Part shown: in pieces, positions 8,210-15,994 of the stretch
Layout of the letters: each line of letters opens with the position of its first letter
How positions within the stretch are numbered: the stretch's first letter is position 1
Virus record (IMG/VR): IMGVR_UViG_3300031673_008321
DNA: 20,000 bases
DNA from: an uncultured virus (IMG/VR IMGVR_UViG_3300031673_008321)
Taxonomy: Duplodnaviria > Heunggongvirae > Uroviricota > Caudoviricetes
Direction: 5' to 3' (one strand)
Position numbers and translations under genes: made by a program
Notes under the pieces: generated by a model
Databases searched by the model: none
The model's input: the letters and a program-made list of their open reading frames with translations, nothing else
What the model was told of the DNA's origin: nothing

Positions 8210-9589
8210 ATGGCGATAGTTAATCATCCAGATTGGGATTTGTCCGAGCGTGGTAAAAAAGACGCTGAGAGGCATCGCAAAAAGATAGACGACGCTATTC
8301 GGAAGAACGTTAAGGATGTTATTTCTGAAGAGTCCATTATAACTCGTAAAAAGGGTAAGAAAGTAAGAGTACCAGTTAAAGGGTTAAAAGACTACAGATT
8401 TGTACATGGAGGCAAAAAAGGTAAGGCCGAGGGTGATGGTGACGGCGATGGTGAAGGTGCTGGTCAGGGACAGGGTAAGCCTGGAGATATAATAGGTAGA
8501 AGACAAAAAAAGGGCGATGGTAAGGGCAAAGATGGCAAAGCCGGAGATCAACCCGGCGAAGATTATCTTGAAACTGAAGTTTCTATAGATTATCTTATAG
8601 AAATAATGTTCGAAGACCTTGGATTACCTTGGATAGAAGAGAAAACAAGAGCTAGTCAACTGGTGCCAAGTGGTTGGAAATTTGAAACTATTTCTAAGAA
8701 GGGGATATTTCCCAGAGTTCATAAAAAGCGCACCATGTTGGAAGCTATTAAGCGCAATGAATTATACGCTAAAGAGATAGAAGAAGAAACAGGGTGCAAT
8801 CATGATGATGCCTTGAGAGCTTTGACTCAAGCTAAAGGCGACATAAATGATGCTATTGATATAATTAACAAAAACGAACTCGATATGTCGCTTGATCCTT
8901 ATGTTGTAGTAGAAGACGGGGACATGAGGTATAAGCAAATTGAGGAGGATTATGAACTACATTCTAACGCAGTAGTTATTGCTATGATGGATACAAGCGG
9001 GAGTATGACTACTGATAAGAAGTACTTGTGCAGATCATTATTGTTTTGGCTGACAGAATTTCTAAAGAAAGTATATGACCATGTGGATATTAAGTTTGTC
9101 ACACACACCACTGATGCTAAATTAGTAGATGAAGATACTTTTTTCCACAAGGGGGAGAGCGGCGGCACTTATTGTTGGACTGCTGTTGACAAAGCCCTTT
9201 ACCTAATAGATACAGAATATCCTGTAGACGAGTGGAACGTGTACACGATTTATATGTCCGATGGTGACGATTTTGATGCTGATAAGACTATTAGATATAT
9301 AGAAGAGTTGTTGAAACGAAAAATCAGTATGTTTGCTTACACTGAAGTTGATCCTGGCAGAGACGCTGGCAACGCTGACGCTGATCAAACACCTGCCTGG
9401 GGATTACTGTGGAGTTCAGGTAATACACTAATAAAGAAAATAAAAGAGAAATGGAAATTTGTTTGTAAAAAAGAAGAGGGCACAGAGTTTTGTAAGAATG
9501 AAGAAGAACACTTTTTGTTGTCTGTTATAACAGATAAATCCCAGGTCTACCCCGTATTACGTCACATACTTTTTAAGGAAGATATATGA
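8210..9589 (+). CDS. yeaH: YeaH/YhbH (DUF444) vWA-domain protein
   Basis: D..RHRKKI N-terminus, Gly-rich linker and intact MIDAS (DTSGS, SGGT, SDGD). Canonical position after yeaG. Confidence 0.93.
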   Translation: MAIVNHPDWDLSERGKKDAERHRKKIDDAIRKNVKDVISEESIITRKKGKKVRVPVKGLKDYRFVHGGKKGKAEGDGDGDGEGAGQGQGKPGDIIGRRQKKGDGKGKDGKAGDQPGEDYLETEVSIDYLIEIMFEDLGLPWIEEKTRASQLVPSGWKFETISKKGIFPRVHKKRTMLEAIKRNELYAKEIEEETGCNHDDALRALTQAKGDINDAIDIINKNELDMSLDPYVVVEDGDMRYKQIEEDYELHSNAVVIAMMDTSGSMTTDKKYLCRSLLFWLTEFLKKVYDHVDIKFVTHTTDAKLVDEDTFFHKGESGGTYCWTAVDKALYLIDTEYPVDEWNVYTIYMSDGDDFDADKTIRYIEELLKRKISMFAYTEVDPGRDAGNADADQTPAWGLLWSSGNTLIKKIKEKWKFVCKKEEGTEFCKNEEEHFLLSVITDKSQVYPVLRHILFKEDI

Positions 9590-10350
9590 CACAAAAGTTA
9601 TCTATTGACTATGTAAAAGAAGAATCAAAAAAAAGAGGGTCCGAATGTGTGTCGTATAATTATAAAAATGCCCTGACCAAGCTTAAATTTAGATGTAGTA
9701 GGGGTCACATTTTTGAGTCGTCTTGGAACTCTATTCAGCAAGGCCAGGGGTGTGGGTCATGTAAATACGAAAACACGTCTTTGGGTATGAGAGGCAAAAA
9801 ACATTATTTTTGGAATGGTGGGTATAGACAAAGAGGTGTACCTACTTACGAAACTTATGCCGAACAAATTTCTTATGCAGAGAATGTTAGGAGAAATTCT
9901 AATGATAAAAACATATTAGAAGTTAAATGCGCTTACTGCGGGCAATGGTTTACTCCATCTATACCAAATTTAAATAGTAGAATCCAATCTCTTAAAGGCA
10001 ATGCGTTAGGAGAACATAGGCTTTATTGCTCAAACGGTTGTAAGAAGGCTTGTCCTATATTTGGGCAGTATAAATATCCAAAAGGGTTTAAGCCAGCAAC
10101 TTCCCGAGAAGTTCAGCCACAATTAAGGCAGATGGTTTTGAAGCGGGACGATTACACTTGCCAAAAATGTGATAAAATGATAGATGCGGTAGAATTGCAC
10201 TGCCATCATATAGATCCGGTTGCCAATAATCCTATAGAATCGGCAGATACAGATAACTGTATAACTTTTTGTAAAGATTGTCACAAAGAAGTTCATAAAC
10301 AAAGTGGGTGTAAATATCATGAATTAAGATGTACTGAAAAGGTGGTCTAA
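9586..10350 (+). CDS. HNH (homing) endonuclease with zinc-finger domains
   Basis: CSRGH...CGSC, CAYC...CSNGC, and C-terminal RDDYTCQKC...HCHHI...N...CKDCHKEVH. Confidence 0.85.
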   Translation: MTQKLSIDYVKEESKKRGSECVSYNYKNALTKLKFRCSRGHIFESSWNSIQQGQGCGSCKYENTSLGMRGKKHYFWNGGYRQRGVPTYETYAEQISYAENVRRNSNDKNILEVKCAYCGQWFTPSIPNLNSRIQSLKGNALGEHRLYCSNGCKKACPIFGQYKYPKGFKPATSREVQPQLRQMVLKRDDYTCQKCDKMIDAVELHCHHIDPVANNPIESADTDNCITFCKDCHKEVHKQSGCKYHELRCTEKVV

Positions 10351-11978
10351 TGACAAATAATGATTTGAAAAGATTAATTAAAATAGAAGATAGGATAAAA
10401 CAGATATTTCACGAGGATTTAGGATTGACATCCTATCCAATAGAATTTGATATAGTTCCTCCACAAAAAATGTTGGAGGTTATGGCGTATAACATCCCAA
10501 CTAATATATCAAACTGGAAAAAAGGCCGCGACTATGAAATTCAACGCACAAGATATGAATATGCTGCTGCGGGACTACCTTATGAAGTAGTTATTAACGC
10601 TGATCCTGCAAGAGCTTACCTTATGAATAACAACAAGTTTTCGGTGCAGTGCTTGGTTATGGCTCATGTTTATGGCCATGCTGCATTTTTTACACATAAT
10701 AAATTTTTCCAAAATTCGAGGCGCGATATAATAGCAGCAATGAAAGCTGCCTCTGAAAGATTTAATAAATATGAAAAGCGATTTGGTGTGGATGAAGTAG
10801 AAAAAACTGTGGACGCAGGACATGCTTTACAATTCCATTCAAGCCCTTTCGCTTCCAATGAAACTGAAAAAGAAAAACGTAAAAAAATATTTGAACAAGA
10901 GAAGAAAAAAGCTCACACTCATGGTGGTACTTTTGGAGATTTGACCGGTACTGTTATAGCTGAGATTAATGAAGATTTAGAACTATTCAACCAAAAGTTG
11001 TGGCGCAAATTGAGGTTAAAAACACCAATAGAACCAACTGATGATTTACTAAGATATATTATTGACAATTCTACACTGTTAGAAGATTGGCAACAAGATA
11101 TTTTAGAAGTATTAAGGATGGAAGGACAATACTATTGGCCCATCATCAAGACTAAATTCATGAATGAGGGGTTTGCCGTAGTAGTTCATGAAAAGATAAT
11201 GACTAAGCTATTTGAAGAGGATTTACTTACCAGTGCAGAACACGCGGATTTTAATTATTCTAACTCATTAGTTAAAGCCAGCAATCCTTTTGGACTTAAT
11301 CCATATTTGATTGGTTCTTCAATGTGGCGTGATATAGAAGATAGGTGGGACAGAGGTTGTCATGGAAGTGATTGGTCGGAGTGTAAAAATGCCCAGGTTA
11401 AAGAAAATTGGGATACAAAAGATATGGTAGGCTGGCAGAAGTGCAAAGAAATTATGGAGATAAATTCTGATTGGTTTTTTATGCAAGAATTTTTAACTTC
11501 CGAGCTTATAAGAGATATAAAAATTTATGTGTTTGCTGCTAAGGACGCTGGGCAAACCATAGACTACATTATAACTAAAGATACAGCGGAGGAAATCCGT
11601 CTAAAAATATTAGATGCCTTCGCTCAGAATACTACCCCAAGTATTGATATCGTTAATGGTAATTATGAGGAAAAGGGTTGGTTAGAATTAAAACATAACT
11701 GGGTCGGTGTTGATCTTGAAGAAACATATGCAAAAGAAACTATGAGGCATATGGCTTATTTGTGGGGTAGAGCGGTGGTACTTGGTACTGAAGAAGGGGA
11801 ATTCAAGTGGGGCTCAAAAGAAAAAGTTAAGAAAATAAGCTGGAAGATCTTACCTCCGGGTGAGGAGGTCCCGGAAGAACCAAAAGAAGAAGAAAAGGAG
11901 GATGTTGTAACTGCTGCTTGGAAAAAGCTATGGAAAATTGCTTCACCACTAGATCAGACTTACCGATGTCCGTGGTAA
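10350..11978 (+). CDS. spoVR: SpoVR/YcgB family protein
   Basis: YEVVINADP..AYLM..N, MAHVYGHAAFF, WQQDILEVLR.E..Y..P..KTKFMNEGFA and NPY.IG. Completes the yeaG-yeaH-ycgB triad. Confidence 0.94.
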   Translation: MTNNDLKRLIKIEDRIKQIFHEDLGLTSYPIEFDIVPPQKMLEVMAYNIPTNISNWKKGRDYEIQRTRYEYAAAGLPYEVVINADPARAYLMNNNKFSVQCLVMAHVYGHAAFFTHNKFFQNSRRDIIAAMKAASERFNKYEKRFGVDEVEKTVDAGHALQFHSSPFASNETEKEKRKKIFEQEKKKAHTHGGTFGDLTGTVIAEINEDLELFNQKLWRKLRLKTPIEPTDDLLRYIIDNSTLLEDWQQDILEVLRMEGQYYWPIIKTKFMNEGFAVVVHEKIMTKLFEEDLLTSAEHADFNYSNSLVKASNPFGLNPYLIGSSMWRDIEDRWDRGCHGSDWSECKNAQVKENWDTKDMVGWQKCKEIMEINSDWFFMQEFLTSELIRDIKIYVFAAKDAGQTIDYIITKDTAEEIRLKILDAFAQNTTPSIDIVNGNYEEKGWLELKHNWVGVDLEETYAKETMRHMAYLWGRAVVLGTEEGEFKWGSKEKVKKISWKILPPGEEVPEEPKEEEKEDVVTAAWKKLWKIASPLDQTYRCPW

Positions 11979-11987
11979 CGGGCAAAC

Positions 11988-12369
11988 GGGGGCGATACGG
12001 CTTCGATCGTTCAGGTCGGGCTAAGAACGCGATACGCAGGGCTGTGACTGCGTTATAACACAGGATGAAAAACAATTAACGTTTCTATATTTGACTACGC
12101 CAATAAGGTACTTAAGGGCGTGGTCATTAAACCTAAGTACGCTGTAGCTTAATACAGCTTACGCGGCTCCTGTAATAGCTAGGAACAGAAATTACAGCTC
12201 AGAGTAGCTTATTCCTCGTGCGCGGCTCTTTGAGTATAAATGCGTAGAGGGTGCTAGGAGATCCTTCCCAGAGGTTCTGCTACCACTCACATATCTGGGA
12301 AAAATTATCGTACATCGTTTTTAGTGCTGAGTGGGCGACACTCGGGTTCGACTCCCGACGCCTCCACCA
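11988..12369 (+). ncRNA. ssrA: tmRNA (transfer-messenger RNA), 382 nt
   Basis: 5' GGGGGCG pairs with 3' CGCCTCC-ACCA, giving the G3:U70 Ala identity pair. Also GGCTTCGA near the 5' end, T-arm TCGGG-TTCGACT-CCCGA, helix 2 CTAAGAACG/CGTTTTTAG, pseudoknot 1 (ACGCAG/CTGCGT + CTGTG/CACAG, 12034-12063) and a tag frame ending ...KYAVA-TAA at 12152. Confidence 0.95.
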
Positions 12370-12375
12370 AATTAA

Positions 12376-12408
12376 TATCTAGCAAAACATCAGTTTTATT
12401 CTATAATA
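12376..12408 (+). promoter_or_regulatory. Conserved phage promoter motif, copy 3
   Basis: TATCTAGCAAA-ACATCAGTTT-TATTCTATAATA, 6 bp after the tmRNA CCA. Confidence 0.82.
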
Positions 12409-12439
12409 TAGGCAAAATAGGAGAATTTAGGAGAATTAT

Positions 12440-12757
12440 ATGTGGTGGATTACACAGGTTTTGGGTGTTATAGTAATCACCTGTGTCCATACTTTTAATA
12501 GGTGGGCTGGGATACAGGGCTGGAGTTTTTTAAGTAGGCTATTTGGAAATGTAATAGGCCAAGCAATCGCAGCTCCGCTTTTTATGATGTCTTATACAAT
12601 AGCACCATCATTTTTTCAAGTATCTTTTGTTGGTACAGCTGTAATAGCGGTGCTAATGTTTTTAGCAAGTGTATTCTTTTTTTGCGAAACTATAACGTTG
12701 ATTAAACTAATAGGAGCCGCACTTGCAATAGCAGGATCGGTTATTTTAATTTTATAA
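12440..12757 (+). CDS. Small 4-TM membrane protein, DMT/SMR/EamA-like
   Basis: 105 aa with about four hydrophobic segments; C-terminal FF.E.IT..KLIG..L.IAG..IL is a DMT-superfamily signature. Confidence 0.65.
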   Translation: MWWITQVLGVIVITCVHTFNRWAGIQGWSFLSRLFGNVIGQAIAAPLFMMSYTIAPSFFQVSFVGTAVIAVLMFLASVFFFCETITLIKLIGAALAIAGSVILIL

Positions 12758-12771
12758 GAAGGAGGCCGAAA

Positions 12772-13044
12772 ATGAGCTACATATGTGATATACCAAAGAA
12801 ATTTTGCAATCTAAGAGATAAAGATGAGTTGTGTAGGCTTAAGCGGCCTTGTCTTCCTATAGTAGAACAATGTGAAGGTTGTGAAAAAATAGAAAATGGT
12901 TATTGTAAATCTTACGCTGCTCCTACTATAAAATGGGATCATGGAAGAGACTGTCCGATGGCTACACATATTGAAACAGAAAAAGAGAAGGCAAATAAAC
13001 TTCGTATAGGACAACAAAAACAGAAAATAAAACACCATAAATAA
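12772..13044 (+). CDS. Cys-rich protein, PxxKW-family-like
   Basis: C.PIVEQCEGC...YC..Y..PTIKW...CPMATH pattern with a basic tail; SD AGGAGG. Confidence 0.65.
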   Translation: MSYICDIPKKFCNLRDKDELCRLKRPCLPIVEQCEGCEKIENGYCKSYAAPTIKWDHGRDCPMATHIETEKEKANKLRIGQQKQKIKHHK

Positions 13045-13070
13045 TAAAATTTTGCTAAAATACAGGGATT

Positions 13071-13103
13071 TATCTAGCAAAAAGGTTAAATTATTCTATA
13101 ATA
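13071..13103 (+). promoter_or_regulatory. Conserved phage promoter motif, copy 4
   Basis: TATCTAGCAAA-AAGGTTAAAT-TATTCTATAATA, upstream of the Rad52-like gene. Confidence 0.82.
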
Positions 13104-13136
13104 TATATAGAATTAAGAGGAAAAGGAGAACAAGAA

Positions 13137-14051
13137 ATGCAAAAAGAGATTTTAGAGGAATTGTATAAACCTTTCGAGTTGAAGGCGAGGAAAGGGGTAG
13201 GTAATCAGACATTTAGTTATGTTCCAAGCGATGATGTTGTTGACCGTATGAACAAGGTTTTTAGAGGTGATTGGAGTACTGAGGTTGTAGAGAAGGAAAT
13301 TATAGATGACCAAATTCTAATCAGAGTAAGGGTTTATGTTAAAGACCCTGGTGATGCTGATGCTAAAACGCATTGGCATGAGGGTTATGCAAGCCAGCCA
13401 ATAGCTAAATATAGTCAAGGTCAAAAAGCAGGTCAAATTATAGATATCGGTAATTCGTACAAATCTGCTATGTCGAAAGCGATTAAGACCGCTGTAGCTA
13501 AATGGGGGGTCGGTTTATATTTAGAAAAAGGATCACCCAGTGAAGAGAGCGATGCGGATTCTTGGGGACCACCTAATATTCCTACTAGTGTTCCAGAAAT
13601 CAAACCAGTAGAACAGCCTATACTACCTGTGGCAGCCCCAGTGATTCCTCCTGTGGTAGTACCAGTGGCTACGCCAGTTAGTGCTCCGTTTAATGCGCCG
13701 TTCGGTATTCCTGTGAACACGCCTACTGTAGAGCATAAATACGCGGCTGCACCACTAAATATTCCCACAGTGTTTTCAAATGACAATGTGGTTGTTGCCC
13801 AACCCAATATACCAACTGGTTTTAATCCACCTATATCTTCAGTTCCAACATCAGTAGCCGTTGAAAATTTAACGGATGTTCAGAAAGCTGCGATAGAAAA
13901 CATTATGTCTGTTCATGGAAAGAGCTTTGCTGAGTTGTCGTCCGCTGCACTACAAAGAACTGATAATTTACCAAATACTTCAGAAGCGTTGAGTTATAAG
14001 GATGCTGTTAAGCTTATACAATATGGTAATAATTTAAATGCAAGTTCCTAA
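13137..14051 (+). CDS. Rad52/Rad22 (Sak-like) single-strand annealing protein with a Pro-rich linker
   Basis: L..PF...R.G......SYV....V.DRMN.VF...W...; K.A.S.A.K.A..KWGVGLYL; then a low-complexity Pro/Val/Ala region and a short helical C-domain. Confidence 0.85.
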   Translation: MQKEILEELYKPFELKARKGVGNQTFSYVPSDDVVDRMNKVFRGDWSTEVVEKEIIDDQILIRVRVYVKDPGDADAKTHWHEGYASQPIAKYSQGQKAGQIIDIGNSYKSAMSKAIKTAVAKWGVGLYLEKGSPSEESDADSWGPPNIPTSVPEIKPVEQPILPVAAPVIPPVVVPVATPVSAPFNAPFGIPVNTPTVEHKYAAAPLNIPTVFSNDNVVVAQPNIPTGFNPPISSVPTSVAVENLTDVQKAAIENIMSVHGKSFAELSSAALQRTDNLPNTSEALSYKDAVKLIQYGNNLNASS

Positions 14052-14071
14052 TACTATAATGGAGAAATATA

Positions 14072-15994
14072 ATGAGCGATAATTACAAAGCAATTAAAAT
14101 TTATCTTGAAACAGTACAGTATAGTCTCTTAATTTTTCAAATTCCAGAAGATGAACTTGATGATAAATTAACTTACCTTACGCGTGAAAAGGGGTTGATA
14201 GCTAAAAGTTTATACCACGATTTTCTAATAGCTACATTTGTTTCTAATATTAGTCAATTTTTACAACATTTACAACAAAAAGGCACAGATAAAGAACAAC
14301 TTAATACGATTAGATCTGAAGTTGTAGATAAAATATTAGAAATTAATACTAAACTTATTCCTAGTAATTTAATTATTAACACTAACCACGTTGTGAAGCT
14401 TAAAGATGGCCCTAAAAAAGACAATGAAAGATTTCTAACTGAAAATGATTTTTGGAAGAGGGATATTTATATAGATGGCGAAACGGCTTTAGATAAATCT
14501 GGCACTAAAAAGTTGGATAAGAGCGCCATCAAAAATGTAAAAGACTTGGAGTTCATTCTAGTTCAAAAATTTTGGCGTAGAATAGGCCAATACGTTAATA
14601 TTAAACAGTTTGAGCCTGGTAGTGAGTTAGTTATTCTTGCCAATAGAAGTTTTAATGCACGAACTTCTTTTGAACAATACGTAATTACTATTTGTATTGA
14701 AGAAATAGAAGACCTTTTCATGCGGTTAGATAAAATAGGGCTTCCTAATAGGGTTGCAGCGCCTATTTTGATACATGAATTGTATGAAATTTGTAGAAAA
14801 TCTAATCCGTTTTTAGATTTTGATGTGTATAAAGACACTTTAGGCGGAGACATTCCAGAAGATTTTGATGGTGATAGTAGGGATCCGTTCGAAGCATTTC
14901 AGTCTGCTGCACAAAATAATCCGGAAGAGCTTTTATCAGACGCTCTTAAAAAGAAAAAAATTAAACTATTTCGAGATGTTGATAAGACTAGATTATTGCA
15001 GCTTGATGACAATATGAAGAAAAAAATTATGGGCCAAGACAAGCCTATAGATGATTTAGTAGATGCTATTCAGAGAGCAAGTGTTGGTTTGAAAGACCCA
15101 GAACAGCCTATTGGTTCGTTTATATTTACCGGATACACTGGAGTGGGCAAAACATATGCCGCCAAGGTATTAGCTGAAGAGCTTATAGGTAGTCAGCATG
15201 GTATTGTTATTGTTGATTGTTCAGAATATTCGGCTGATCATGAGTACTCAAAACTTATTGGTGCACCGAGCGGGTATATAGGACATGAGAACGGTGGTTA
15301 TTTAACCAACGCAGTTAAAAAGAATCCTTTTAGTGTTATTTTGTTTGACGAAGTAGAGAAAGCCAGTGAAAGAGTTCACCAGTTGTTGCTTCAAATCATG
15401 GATGAAGCACGATTAACTGATGGTAGGGGTCAGAAAGTGTCCTTTAGAGACACCATTGTTATTATGACTTCTAACTTAGGCGTTAAGGAAGTTCAAAACG
15501 TATCAAAAACTATTGGTTTTGGTAATGCTTCTAAACTGACTAAGGAAAAAAGAGTAAATGCGGTTAAAGAAGCTCTTAAAAAGAAATTTAGGCCTGAGTT
15601 CCTTAATCGAGTTTCATGTATGGTGAATTTTGATATGCTTACCAAAAAGGATTACATGAGAATTATTAAACTTGAACTTGAAAAACTCAAAAGAAATCTC
15701 AAGGTAAATCGTACAGAGTATTCTAAACTTGATGTTACATTTGACAAAACACTATACAACCATATTTATACAACAGGTATAGATGAAAAATTTGGAGCTC
15801 GTCCTCTTAAACGAGCTATTGAGAAGGAGGTTTCTACTCCCCTCGCAAAAAAATTGCTGAAAGATAATGTTGACTGCTCTAATACTAAAGTTACTGTTTT
15901 AGCACAGAAGGGCAAAGTGGTTATAGATGTAGTGTACTCAGACAAAGTAGACGATCCACCATTTTATATGGAGGTCGGTAACGGTGATAATTAA
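14072..15994 (+). CDS. Clp-family AAA+ ATPase (single ClpA/B/C D2-type domain) with an unrecognised N-terminal region
   Basis: Walker A GYTGVGKT, pore loop GAPSGYIG, Walker B LFDEVEK, IMTSN, IGF loop, FRPEFLNR and GARPLKR. No first AAA domain. Confidence 0.9.
   Translation: MSDNYKAIKIYLETVQYSLLIFQIPEDELDDKLTYLTREKGLIAKSLYHDFLIATFVSNISQFLQHLQQKGTDKEQLNTIRSEVVDKILEINTKLIPSNLIINTNHVVKLKDGPKKDNERFLTENDFWKRDIYIDGETALDKSGTKKLDKSAIKNVKDLEFILVQKFWRRIGQYVNIKQFEPGSELVILANRSFNARTSFEQYVITICIEEIEDLFMRLDKIGLPNRVAAPILIHELYEICRKSNPFLDFDVYKDTLGGDIPEDFDGDSRDPFEAFQSAAQNNPEELLSDALKKKKIKLFRDVDKTRLLQLDDNMKKKIMGQDKPIDDLVDAIQRASVGLKDPEQPIGSFIFTGYTGVGKTYAAKVLAEELIGSQHGIVIVDCSEYSADHEYSKLIGAPSGYIGHENGGYLTNAVKKNPFSVILFDEVEKASERVHQLLLQIMDEARLTDGRGQKVSFRDTIVIMTSNLGVKEVQNVSKTIGFGNASKLTKEKRVNAVKEALKKKFRPEFLNRVSCMVNFDMLTKKDYMRIIKLELEKLKRNLKVNRTEYSKLDVTFDKTLYNHIYTTGIDEKFGARPLKRAIEKEVSTPLAKKLLKDNVDCSNTKVTVLAQKGKVVIDVVYSDKVDDPPFYMEVGNGDN

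Noticed and set aside
8410..8560. GDGDGDGEG/GQG low-complexity repeat in yeaH
   Set aside because: A Gly-rich linker is a normal feature of YeaH/YhbH proteins.
9586..10350. Group I intron or intein hosting the HNH
   Set aside because: Both flanking genes are intact separate ORFs and there is no non-coding space for a ribozyme core.
11988..12369. tmRNA as a prophage/island integration site (att boundary)
   Set aside because: The same promoter motif and gene style occur on both sides, and no integrase or duplicated tmRNA 3' end is visible.
12335..12369. Stand-alone tRNA gene
   Set aside because: The T-arm and CCA pair with a 5' end about 380 nt upstream and there is no anticodon arm, so this is the tmRNA tRNA-like domain.
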